This document shows positions 10,336 through 19,108 of a stretch of 64,000 nt of DNA, one piece after another. Each line of letters starts with the position of its first letter. The first letter of the stretch is position 1. Origin of the DNA: Leptospirales bacterium (GTDB lineage Bacteria > Spirochaetota > Leptospiria > Turneriellales > JAOUFE01); the NCBI GenBank assembly GCA_040326155.1, contig JBEQLE010000007.1, positions 1 through 64,000 of the forward strand, read 5' to 3'. The translations under genes and the position numbers were made by a program. Below the pieces are notes generated by a model. That model made no database searches. It worked only from the letters and a program-made list of their open reading frames with translations, and was not told where the DNA came from.

Positions 10336-11004
10336 TTAACTTTGTCTTTCCTTCTTTCTTGTGGTATAGTGGACAGCTTTGAGAGCGGCAAAACCCAATC
10401 CCGGTATAACGAAAGCAATCAAGATAGGAATTTCCAGACCGCCGCCATTTTGTGAATAAGATCCAGCCCAGGCATAAACAATGGAGATCGGCAATAGACC
10501 GGCAATGGACGCTAAAAGGAACCGACGAAAACTCATATCGCTTAGGCCGGCAAGACAGCTGATAACTTCTGTCAACATTGGCACCGAACGACTCAGTAAA
10601 ATTGCCCAAATGCCGTAAGATTCAAAGAATTTCTCTATGCGGGCGGTGTCCTTGTCTCCTACGACCTTGTGAAAAACTTTGTTTCCAAAACGGCGGGTGA
10701 GGTAAAAACCCAAAACCGCCGAGCCAAGTCCGCCAATGACATTAACAACAGCAGCCAGAGTAAAGCCAAGAAGATGACCCAGAAGGGTCATTACTACGCT
10801 CGAAGGCACAGGTAGAAACAAATCGGAGGTGAGAAGTAAAACCGCAGAGAGCGAGAGCTTCCAGACACCGCCTTTAGCGCCCAAGATGTCTTCCAAAAAA
10901 TCGGAAACATATTTTTCATCGGTATAGCCCATTGATTCAAAAATGATAAAAGAGAAGCTAAAAAGGAAAAAAAGTCCGACGGCTATCGATATAAACGTTT
11001 TCAT
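10336..11004 (-). CDS. DedA/VTT (SNARE-associated, TVP38) membrane protein
   Basis: Hydrophobic; LPVPSS, YGIWAILLSRSVP, AGLSDMSFRRF motifs. Confidence 0.85.
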   Translation of the reverse strand: MKTFISIAVGLFFLFSFSFIIFESMGYTDEKYVSDFLEDILGAKGGVWKLSLSAVLLLTSDLFLPVPSSVVMTLLGHLLGFTLAAVVNVIGGLGSAVLGFYLTRRFGNKVFHKVVGDKDTARIEKFFESYGIWAILLSRSVPMLTEVISCLAGLSDMSFRRFLLASIAGLLPISIVYAWAGSYSQNGGGLEIPILIAFVIPGLGFAALKAVHYTTRKKERQS

Positions 11005-11150
11005 AAAATAATTAGTCCTGAAGAGTTTAGAACTTAATACGTTTATAAATATTACAAATGATTTTACAACTAAAAAAATATTTTTTCATGCTTTTATAAA
11101 TATAATAATTAGTGGTTGCCGATTTCAATACATAATATTAGACTCAACCA

Positions 11151-12353
11151 ATGAACGCAATAAAAGAATCGATTCAAAAAGATATTCTGATTGTTGGTGG
11201 CGGAATCGGAGGTTTGACCCTGGCTGCCGACCTGGAGAAACGAGGTGTCTCGTATGCACTCTTTGAAAGTTCTCACGAAATCGATAAGAACGGCGGCGGG
11301 GGGTTAAAACTCTGGCCCAACGCGCTACGGGCGTTTCGAGAAGTCGGCGCCTTTGAAGCTTTAGTCGAAAGAGGGTCTGTAATAAAAAGCGGAATCGTAA
11401 AAACCGATACTGGAGAAGATCTCGCCCGTATCCCTTTGGGACTGATCGGCGAAAAGATAAACTACCCTGTTTTAAGTTTACCACGCAGCGAAATACTATT
11501 TGCCCTGCGTGAAAAAACCTCTGACAATAACATCCATTATAATAGAAAAGTTGTTAAAGTCGAAGCGCTTGAAGACCGCGTGGAAATTGAATTTAGCGAC
11601 GGGACCAACGCCATGGGCAAGGTCCTGATTGGAGCCGACGGTGCCAGGTCTCAAATACGAAAAAAACTATTTCCCGAAAGAGAACTGGTCTATGCAGGCA
11701 GAATCTCTTGGCGTGGCCTGTTAAGCGTCGAAAAAGGCCAAGCCCCCTGCCCTGATGAGGAAAACTGGGAGTATTTTGGACGGGGAAAACGCTTCGGGTA
11801 TGCCCACATGGGGCCGGGCAAAATGGGGTGGTACGCCCCCATTAACAACGATGAAACATTTGCGCCGGAAGACGTAAAAAAGTACCTTCTATCTGAATTT
11901 AAAAACTGGCCAACAGACGTGCAAGAACTTATACAAAAGACAAACCCCGACCAAATTATCCGTTCACCAATACGATACCGGCAATTCGACGAAGCCTGGG
12001 GAAAAGGCAGGGTGACACTCCTGGGCGACGCGGCCCATGCCATGACACCGGATCTGGCGCAAGGAGCCTGCATGGCCATTGAAGATGGAGCAGTTTTAGG
12101 CGATTGCCTGCAAAGAAAAGGAGCTACACAAGACGCTCTGCGAGAATATGAAAAACTGCGCATACCCCGTGTACGAAACGTCGCCAACAAATCGATGCAA
12201 ATAGGTAAAATGAGCAATAAGAGCGGAGCGCTTGCTTTCTGGGCCACAAAAAAAATGTGGAAGTGGATGCCCGCGAAAGTGGCGATAAAACCTATCGAAA
12301 AAATAGTTCGATACGACTTTAGAGCCGATAAAACATTCTCTATAAAAGAATAA
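11151..12353 (+). CDS. Group A FAD-dependent monooxygenase
   Basis: GGGIGG Rossmann motif, IGADGARS, LLGDAAHAMTPDLAQGACMAIEDG. Confidence 0.9.
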   Translation: MNAIKESIQKDILIVGGGIGGLTLAADLEKRGVSYALFESSHEIDKNGGGGLKLWPNALRAFREVGAFEALVERGSVIKSGIVKTDTGEDLARIPLGLIGEKINYPVLSLPRSEILFALREKTSDNNIHYNRKVVKVEALEDRVEIEFSDGTNAMGKVLIGADGARSQIRKKLFPERELVYAGRISWRGLLSVEKGQAPCPDEENWEYFGRGKRFGYAHMGPGKMGWYAPINNDETFAPEDVKKYLLSEFKNWPTDVQELIQKTNPDQIIRSPIRYRQFDEAWGKGRVTLLGDAAHAMTPDLAQGACMAIEDGAVLGDCLQRKGATQDALREYEKLRIPRVRNVANKSMQIGKMSNKSGALAFWATKKMWKWMPAKVAIKPIEKIVRYDFRADKTFSIKE

Positions 12354-12420
12354 ACAGTTTGACGCGATTTTTAATTTTCTAATAATAGTAGATCTCTACC
12401 ATTGTGAGTTTCAAAAAAAT

Positions 12421-13119
12421 ATGAATCAACAACAAATGAACCACTCCACCGTTTACGCTACTGTGTTACATAATATAGATTCATTCATACCCGACTTCAA
12501 ACTACAATTAACAAAACTATACGAAAGTTTCTCGGAGACTAAATTTCGTATTGCATTCTCCAGGCTACGCCGCGAACTTACCGACTCCATACCAGACCAC
12601 AAAAATAGTGAAGTTCATCTCGAATTCACGAAAAAAGAGATCGATACTCTTACGCAAAGCGGATTCCCGTCGGCGGCAAGGCGTCCTTTGCACATTCACG
12701 CGCGCGTGGTCTATCTTCTGCACGCTGCCGAACAATTGGGACCGAAGGAAGCGCCCCGGTTTATTCACGAACTTTTTACCCGTTCGGATACCCCCGAGCA
12801 GTGTTCTATCTTGTGCGCGCTACCGCTATTTTCGAACCCGCAAGACTATTGTGACACCGCCGTATTGTCAACCCGAGGTTATATTCGCGAAGTCTACGAC
12901 ACAATTGCTCTGCAAAACCCCTACCCGGCCCGGTATTTTCCGGACTCTGTTTTTAACCAGATGGTTTTAAAAGCCTTTTTTATGGAAGCGCCTTTAAGCG
13001 AGATCGTCGATCTACAAGAACGAGTAAATGATGACTTACGGCGTATGGCGGAAGACTTCGTAAAAGAGCGCTCCGCTGCGAACCGTTCCGTACCGAATGA
13101 AATAAATTTAATTTTATAA
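12421..13119 (+). CDS. eboA: EboA
   Basis: C-terminal NPYPARYF..FNQMVLKAFF..LRRMAEDFVKERSAANRSVP signature; directly upstream of eboB. Confidence 0.85.
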   Translation: MNQQQMNHSTVYATVLHNIDSFIPDFKLQLTKLYESFSETKFRIAFSRLRRELTDSIPDHKNSEVHLEFTKKEIDTLTQSGFPSAARRPLHIHARVVYLLHAAEQLGPKEAPRFIHELFTRSDTPEQCSILCALPLFSNPQDYCDTAVLSTRGYIREVYDTIALQNPYPARYFPDSVFNQMVLKAFFMEAPLSEIVDLQERVNDDLRRMAEDFVKERSAANRSVPNEINLIL

Positions 13120-13129
13120 AGGAGAACTC

Positions 13130-14044
13130 ATGAAATACTTTGACCACCACATTCACATGTCGGCAAGAACTACCGACGATTACGAAGCTATGGCAAAGGC
13201 GAATATAACAGCCGTTATTGAACCCGCCTTCTGGCTCGGCCAACCCCGTACCCATGTCGCCACTTTTGAAGATTACTATTTATCGCTTATCGGGTGGGAA
13301 CGTTTTCGCGCTCGCCAGTTTGGCATTGCCCACTTTTGTGTTTTGGGACTGAACCCGAAAGAGGCCAATAACCGACCTCTGGCAAAAGAGGTTCTCGAAC
13401 TGCTTCCGCTTTACCTGGAAAAAGACGGAGTGGTTGGTGTAGGCGAAATCGGCCTGGACGACAACACACCCGAAGAGGAAAAAGCGTTTGAAGAACAACT
13501 TGAACTAGCCAAAGAACACAACCTGCCGGTCATTGTACATACACCGCACCGAGACAAAATACAAGGAACCCGTCGCAGCATCGAAATCGTGAAAGCCTCG
13601 GGGATACCCGTTGAGCAGGTGATTATTGACCACAATATTGAAGACACCACAGCGATTGCGCTCGACTCGGGATGCTGGGCCGGCCATACGATCTACCCTT
13701 CGACGAAAATGGACGAAGTTCGAATGGCGAAACTGGTAAAAAAATACGGAAGTGAACGAATTACCATTAACAGCTCTGCCGATTGGGGAGTCAGCGATCC
13801 GTTAAAAGTTCCCAAGACAGCCCAGGTCATGCGCGAGGAAGGGATAACCGAAGAGACGATTCAAAAAATTGTATGGGACAACCCGGTGGAATTTTTTTCT
13901 CAAAGTGGTAAACTCGATATGGAAATGATATCGGAACGCCCCCTTGTCGACCAATCCATATTGTGGCAGGGCAATTCAGTTTTACGCGGCCAAAAACCAA
14001 ATATAGATAACAAAATCGAGAATCAAAACGACGACTCCGCATGA
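13130..14044 (+). CDS. eboB: EboB, TatD-family metallohydrolase
   Basis: DHHIHMSARTTDDYEAM, EPAFWLGQPRT, HTPHRDK, NSSADWGVSDPL. Confidence 0.9.
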   Translation: MKYFDHHIHMSARTTDDYEAMAKANITAVIEPAFWLGQPRTHVATFEDYYLSLIGWERFRARQFGIAHFCVLGLNPKEANNRPLAKEVLELLPLYLEKDGVVGVGEIGLDDNTPEEEKAFEEQLELAKEHNLPVIVHTPHRDKIQGTRRSIEIVKASGIPVEQVIIDHNIEDTTAIALDSGCWAGHTIYPSTKMDEVRMAKLVKKYGSERITINSSADWGVSDPLKVPKTAQVMREEGITEETIQKIVWDNPVEFFSQSGKLDMEMISERPLVDQSILWQGNSVLRGQKPNIDNKIENQNDDSA

Positions 14045-15465
14045 ACCGCTTGCTTGTCATTGACATCCCCGGTCTGGCCAAAGATCACCTGGAACATATG
14101 CCCCATTTATCGAAATTGGCAAACAGTGGTTCTATACGAACTCTGGAAGTGAAACCGCCCGCCGTAACCTGCTCCGTTCAATCGACATTTTTAACCGGAA
14201 AAACGCCTGCTGAACACGGTGTTGTTGCCAATGGGTGGTTTTTTCGCGACACAAACGAGGTCTCTTTCTGGCATCAATCGAACGCTCTGGTTTCGGGCGA
14301 AAAAGTCTGGGAAGCCGCTCGTAAAAAAGATTCATCTTTTACCTGCGCCAATATGTTTTGGTGGTTTAACATGTATTCGAGCGTTGACTACTCGGTTACC
14401 CCCCGCCCGATCTACGCCGCCGATGGACGAAAAATTCCCGATTGCTACACTGAACCGTCGCAACTGCGAAACGAATTAACCAACCGCTTTGGCGCGTTCC
14501 CGCTTTTTAAATTCTGGGGACCGGCCGCCGACATCGACTCGACCCGCTGGATACGAAAAGCCGCTCAGTATGTGATGGAAAAATACGATCCGACTTTGAC
14601 TCTGGTCTACCTGCCCCACCTGGATTACAATTTACAACGCCTCGGGCCAAATAACCCGGCGATTCTACAAGATCTGCAAGCGGTCGATGACGAGTGCTCT
14701 TTTTTAATAGAAGAGGCGCAAAAAAAAGGGCAACAACTGCTCGTGCTTTCCGAATACACAATTACAGAGACAACCAGGCCGATTCATATAAACCGTGTTT
14801 TAAGAAAAAAGGGCAGAGAGAGAGGGTGGCTCAGAGTAAGAGAGGAACAAGGCCGCGAGATGGCCGATGTTGGGGCTTCCTCCGCTTTTGCCGTTTGTGA
14901 TCACCAGATTGCCCATATCTATGTTCCCGACTCTAAACTTCTTGACGAAGTAAAAAAAACCGTAGAGGCGATTCCCGGAGTCGAACGCGTACTCGATAAA
15001 AAAGCCCAAAAAAAAGAGGGGCTTGACCATGAACGCTCGGGGGAACTTGTTGCGTTGAGTCAACCCGACAGCTGGTTCACCTATTACTATTGGCTCGACG
15101 ATAAAAAAGCCCCGGACTATGCCCGCACCGTCGACATACATCGCAAACCGGGTTATGACCCTGTAGAGCTTTTTATAGACCCGAAAATTCGCTTCCCGAT
15201 GTTATCGATTGCATGGCGTATACTAAAGAAGAAACTGGGTTTTCGTACTCTAATGGATGTCATCTCTCTGGACGCTACTTTAGTGCGCGGATCACACGGG
15301 CGAGTTGCCGATTCGCCAGAGAAATCCCCGGTAATTATTTCGTCTGAAAAAAACACTTTTTCTTCGAAACCAGATCATGAAAAGATACACGCGACAAAAG
15401 TAAAATCACTTATGTTAAAAATGATCTTTAGTAAATTGCCTTTTCTCGATAAAACCGGCTTTTAA
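14041..15465 (+). CDS. eboF: EboF, alkaline phosphatase / nucleotide pyrophosphatase family
   Basis: PAVTCSVQST, YLPHLDYNLQR, DHQIAHIY, VDIHRKPGYDPVELF, GSHGR; ATGA overlap with eboB. Confidence 0.9.
   Translation: MNRLLVIDIPGLAKDHLEHMPHLSKLANSGSIRTLEVKPPAVTCSVQSTFLTGKTPAEHGVVANGWFFRDTNEVSFWHQSNALVSGEKVWEAARKKDSSFTCANMFWWFNMYSSVDYSVTPRPIYAADGRKIPDCYTEPSQLRNELTNRFGAFPLFKFWGPAADIDSTRWIRKAAQYVMEKYDPTLTLVYLPHLDYNLQRLGPNNPAILQDLQAVDDECSFLIEEAQKKGQQLLVLSEYTITETTRPIHINRVLRKKGRERGWLRVREEQGREMADVGASSAFAVCDHQIAHIYVPDSKLLDEVKKTVEAIPGVERVLDKKAQKKEGLDHERSGELVALSQPDSWFTYYYWLDDKKAPDYARTVDIHRKPGYDPVELFIDPKIRFPMLSIAWRILKKKLGFRTLMDVISLDATLVRGSHGRVADSPEKSPVIISSEKNTFSSKPDHEKIHATKVKSLMLKMIFSKLPFLDKTGF
15379..15435 (+). 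repeat. Direct repeat copy 1 (57 bp, in eboF 3' end)
   Basis: 51/57 identical to 16812-16868. Confidence 0.9.
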
Positions 15466-15501
15466 CAGTTTTGCTAAAACTTCACGCGCTGAGTATGGCA
15501 T
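15436..15501 (-). pseudogene. Truncated HicA toxin (first 22 codons)
   Basis: MPYSAREVLAKLLKAGFIEKRQ overlaps the hicB stop and breaks exactly at the repeat boundary, before the expected GSH motif. Confidence 0.7.
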
Positions 15502-15727
15502 CGCTAATCGTTACTTTGGAAAAATATGATTCTGATTCTTTAGGTACAGTTTCCTTGTTAGCTAATTTCTCTGCGATCCAGCCCTGGATTAATTCAATGG
15601 CGGCTTTTTTAGCACCTTCAATTCCTTTGCCGTGGGTGGTCAAATCGAGAGCCGGAATATGTGTATAATAATATTCTTCGGGCAGAGAATCATCCGTAAT
15701 TTTTTCAATTAGAATTGAGTAATCCAT
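15482..15727 (-). CDS. hicB: HicB-family antitoxin
   Basis: 81 aa; HIPALDLTTHGKGIEGAKKAAIELIQGWI...ETVP pattern. Confidence 0.75.
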   Translation of the reverse strand: MDYSILIEKITDDSLPEEYYYTHIPALDLTTHGKGIEGAKKAAIELIQGWIAEKLANKETVPKESESYFSKVTISDAILSA

Positions 15728-15749
15728 GATCTGAATATACTATAAGGCT

Positions 15750-15953
15750 TCAAATTGACAACTTTTTTATTATACTGCTTCCATATCCCGGTTTGTCGCA
15801 CTGGTGCGACATTTCTACCCAACCCATCGCCTCAAAAAACGGGTCCAGGAATTCTCGTCGGAGTTTCGTCTCGTTGTACTTACTTGATTTATAAGCGCCG
15901 CTATGTTCGTCAAATTTATCGATAAGTTCTCGAATTGGTTCAGGTAAGGACAC
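15750..15953 (-). pseudogene. N-terminal fragment of a type IIG (Eco57I-like) restriction-modification enzyme
   Basis: IRELIDKF..Y....YNETKLRREFLDPFFEAMGW is the typical start of these large proteins; similarity ends after about 46 codons. Confidence 0.65.
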
Positions 15954-15956
15954 ATG

Positions 15957-16164
15957 AAAAATTTTATCAATACCTCTGTGTTATTATTACCTTGTTTAGC
16001 GATCTTCTCAATTTTCCGGTAAAGCTCTGCCTGGTTTCTCAGCAGTTCACTGGTTATGACAAAAACTCGCAGAATTTGAATATTCACCTCAATGGCTTGC
16101 GAACGGGTAAAACAGAATCTAACATAACTTTCACGTCACGAATTACAAATATTTTTCTTCTTTC
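15957..16164 (-). pseudogene. ORF6N-domain protein remnant with internal deletion and frameshift
   Basis: KIFVIRDVKVMLDS (N-terminal motif) joined out of frame to QAIEVNIQILRVFV..ELYRKIEKI (C-terminal motif). Confidence 0.65.
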
Positions 16165-16168
16165 AAAA

Positions 16169-16747
16169 TTAGAATTCAAACTTGCTGTTATTTGAAATTA
16201 TATAATTCAGTTTAATTTTTTGGGAAGGTATAAAAATATACATCCTTTTTAAATCACTTGAAATTCTTACCTGGATGTTGCGTAAACTTTCTTTAGGATT
16301 GCCTAACCAGTTCTGCTCGGAATATATATAAAGACCGGGTTTTAACGGTATTCGGGTTATGGTCATGTTACCGCCAGGCATTATTCCGAGGTAATTTAAA
16401 ATACGATTCCCACAGAAGGAATCTTCTTTCCATTTTTTTATACTGTCTATTTTAGCAGCGGTTTCGTTGTCAGGTTTATATAATTCTTTTAATTGAAAGA
16501 CATGCCCCTCAACTAAACCATTTTCATTATAAATAGCAATATTGTCTTCTCCCATAGTTCGCAAGTATACCGTTTTGGAAAATTTGAATATCTGCTTTGA
16601 TACTTCTTGATTTTGCAATTTTTCTGATGGAATTAATGAAATTTCAAATACTTGATCTTGATAATGTTTACACGAAGTTCCAAATGCTACATGTTGTGGA
16701 ATCAAAATCAATAAGCAAATACAAATATAAAACCTTAATTTTTTCAT
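16169..16747 (-). CDS. Hypothetical secreted protein
   Basis: 192-aa ORF, N-terminal signal peptide, AGGAG RBS; no recognised family. Confidence 0.65.
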   Translation of the reverse strand: MKKLRFYICICLLILIPQHVAFGTSCKHYQDQVFEISLIPSEKLQNQEVSKQIFKFSKTVYLRTMGEDNIAIYNENGLVEGHVFQLKELYKPDNETAAKIDSIKKWKEDSFCGNRILNYLGIMPGGNMTITRIPLKPGLYIYSEQNWLGNPKESLRNIQVRISSDLKRMYIFIPSQKIKLNYIISNNSKFEF

Positions 16748-16811
16748 GATTGGCTCCTGATTCAGGAGTAAACTGCGTCACTCTTTAGATCTTGTAAAGA
16801 AGTAAAAGTTG

Positions 16812-16868
16812 GAAAAGATACACGCGACGAAAGTAAAATCGATTATGTTAAAGATGATTTTTAATAAA
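16812..16868 (+). repeat. Direct repeat copy 2 (57 bp)
   Basis: Encodes EKIHATKVKSIMLKMIFNK versus EboF EKIHATKVKSLMLKMIFSK; ends 7 nt from the eboC stop. Confidence 0.9.
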
Positions 16869-16874
16869 ACAAAA

Positions 16875-17801
16875 TCAAGTTCCCGGTATAAAATGCTGAA
16901 ATAACAACGTTAAAAGAAACCCCGCCGCGCCTACTGCGACTGCATAACTCTGTCCATACAAAGCCAACACCAGAGCGTCGAGTAGACAGATACCGGCGAT
17001 CATGACGGACACCGCTTGTGAAATTCCCACTTTCTCGGGTTTTCGTAGTTTTAAAAACGAGTAAACAACCACCGCTGCCAACGCCACCATCAGCGAAACA
17101 ACACTGTAGACGTTTATGGCCCGAAAAATATGAATATCCATGAAAAGCAGAAAATAAAGCGCGAAGCACAAAGGAGTAAACAAAAAGAGAAGAGGCCACA
17201 GGTTTTTTACCTTCGAGAGGTTCTCTTGCCTGGCTATGTAACTTAAACCGATAATGTAACACCATAAAGCAAGCGGCGCCAACCATAGACCGGGTTGATG
17301 AAACAAAGTTACTTTCGTCAATGCAAATGCCACGCTGGCATAAACGAGCGCGCGACACAACCCCATCACCACCGGACCGAACCGATTCTTCTTGTGACGC
17401 ATATCGTAAAAAACAATGGCTGCGCCAAGCAATAACGCAAACAGAGGGCCGACTAAAACAGAGCCATGAAAAAACGCCGTTAAAGAGAGGCCGAACATCC
17501 CCGAAATCAACAGGAGATAACCGACAATAAAAACAGTTTTTGCTGAAACTTTTCCCGAAGGAATCGGTCGCGACGGTTTTTCGACGGCATCGATATTTCG
17601 ATCGTAGGCATCGTTTAGATACATACCGCCAATATATAATAAGGAGATTGAAAAACAGGCGACCAGCAATAGCGGCCAATCAGTCAGGGAAAAGGACAAA
17701 GACGCTGTTTTTCGACTAATTATGGCGGCGGCAAGTACGTTTGTCCAGACCGTGGGCAGGTTAGAAACGCGTCCCAATGTAAACGCTGTTTTCCAGATCA
17801 T
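16875..17801 (-). CDS. eboC: EboC, UbiA-family prenyltransferase
   Basis: GRVSNLPTVWTN, GGMYLNDAYDRNIDAVEKPSRPIPSG, YD..HK, MGLCR. Confidence 0.9.
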   Translation of the reverse strand: MIWKTAFTLGRVSNLPTVWTNVLAAAIISRKTASLSFSLTDWPLLLVACFSISLLYIGGMYLNDAYDRNIDAVEKPSRPIPSGKVSAKTVFIVGYLLLISGMFGLSLTAFFHGSVLVGPLFALLLGAAIVFYDMRHKKNRFGPVVMGLCRALVYASVAFALTKVTLFHQPGLWLAPLALWCYIIGLSYIARQENLSKVKNLWPLLFLFTPLCFALYFLLFMDIHIFRAINVYSVVSLMVALAAVVVYSFLKLRKPEKVGISQAVSVMIAGICLLDALVLALYGQSYAVAVGAAGFLLTLLFQHFIPGT

Positions 17802-19108
17802 TTTTCCATCTCTTGTTTCGCCCAGAGAATCTCTTTTGCAATACTCTGTTCAATCGGCAGATTTTGAAGCCTGGCGGGCAATACATTCCAGGTGTAGGTT
17901 TCCACTTCAAAATGATCTGAAAGCGGAGTTCTCTTGTGCAGGGCCAGAATTTTCGACGTATAATGAGACGTTGTTTGCAGCGCGTTCCTATTCCCTTTTG
18001 CCTGGTAAAATAACGGAACATGGTAATGAACACGCCATGTCGCAGCTTCGGTTGATGAAATTTCAGAAGAGGCATTCTCAGATGCCAAAGCGTCTGGAAG
18101 ATCTAAATATTGTTTCAAGACGCCTGTTTTTTTCAAGACGCCTGTTTTTTTCACGACGACCTGGTGTAGATAAACGGGGTCGATAAAATCGCGTATCGCC
18201 TCAAACTCAGTTCTATCGAATTCAAATTCTAGACCGGCGCTTAACTGAATTTTTCCAATTTGTATGTCCGAAGCCTGCAACGCTCGAATCGACTCTGTGG
18301 GGTCTTCAAACATCACCGCCATGTGACAACAGTCGAGGCAGATGCCCAGGTGTTCGCGAATGGTTTGCCGCGCCTGTTCAGATGAGATGCCTGACTCTTT
18401 TTGTATTTTTTCAATATGATTCGGCGTAAAAATATATTTTTGCATAAATTGAATACATTCTGCGGTTGTTTCTAACGCGCAGGCAGGTTCGGGTTCCAGA
18501 GTGAGCATTATAGAGCACCCGGTTTCTTCTTTCAGTTTTCGAAGCTCAATAACCATTTTTATTAAGTTTTGCGCTGCTTTGTCGAAATCTGTTTCGTTTT
18601 TAAAATCTTCGCGAAAACCCAGGGGAACACTACTAATTGAGCCATCCACTGTAGATATTTTCTTTGCGCCCGTATTATAAACAGGAACCATTTTGGCTAA
18701 AAGTCTGGCCAGATTAAGAGTGTAGTCGTAGCGCTCTTTTGTGCACCAATCGGGTCGATACACATTTTCTTTAATTTTTTGCCCGTGAAAAGCGCCATAT
18801 GGAAAACCATTTAAAGTAAAAACATAGAGACCTTCTTCTTGTAAAAAAGACAAAAATGAATCGAGAACGCTTTGTTTACTTAAAGCATTTGCCGCAATAG
18901 CCGAAATTCGCAGGCCAAACCCGAAATTATCGTTCGGACTCACCCTTTTTTTCACCAGGGGAAGTTTTTCACGTAAATGGCGAAAATGCTCGTCCCACTC
19001 TTCGCCGGGGTGAATATTAGAACAATATCCCAGGTGAATATTCTCTACCAACAAATGATTTACCTTAACTACCCTCGTGAATTGAATTGCCAACTTGAGA
19101 GATGGCAA
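17798..19108 (-). CDS. eboE: EboE, xylose-isomerase-like TIM barrel (true start may be TTG 19054)
   Basis: HLGYCSNIHPGE, TLNGFPYGAFH, LEPEP, CLDCCH, YLHQV, WRVHYHVP, EVETYTWNVLP. Confidence 0.9.
   Translation of the reverse strand: MPSLKLAIQFTRVVKVNHLLVENIHLGYCSNIHPGEEWDEHFRHLREKLPLVKKRVSPNDNFGFGLRISAIAANALSKQSVLDSFLSFLQEEGLYVFTLNGFPYGAFHGQKIKENVYRPDWCTKERYDYTLNLARLLAKMVPVYNTGAKKISTVDGSISSVPLGFREDFKNETDFDKAAQNLIKMVIELRKLKEETGCSIMLTLEPEPACALETTAECIQFMQKYIFTPNHIEKIQKESGISSEQARQTIREHLGICLDCCHMAVMFEDPTESIRALQASDIQIGKIQLSAGLEFEFDRTEFEAIRDFIDPVYLHQVVVKKTGVLKKTGVLKQYLDLPDALASENASSEISSTEAATWRVHYHVPLFYQAKGNRNALQTTSHYTSKILALHKRTPLSDHFEVETYTWNVLPARLQNLPIEQSIAKEILWAKQEMEK
18113..18148. repeat. In-frame 18-bp tandem duplication in eboE
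   Basis: TTTCAAGACGCCTGTTTT x2, giving KKTGVL-KKTGVL. Confidence 0.85.

Noticed and set aside
6341..12353. Violacein or indolocarbazole cluster
   Set aside because: No VioA/RebO, VioE or StaP; the VioB-like protein lacks the ferritin-like domain
16861..17679. 272-aa alternative-frame ORF over eboC, and the many short antisense ORFs inside long genes
   Set aside because: Shadow ORFs overlapping well-supported genes, with no recognisable motifs
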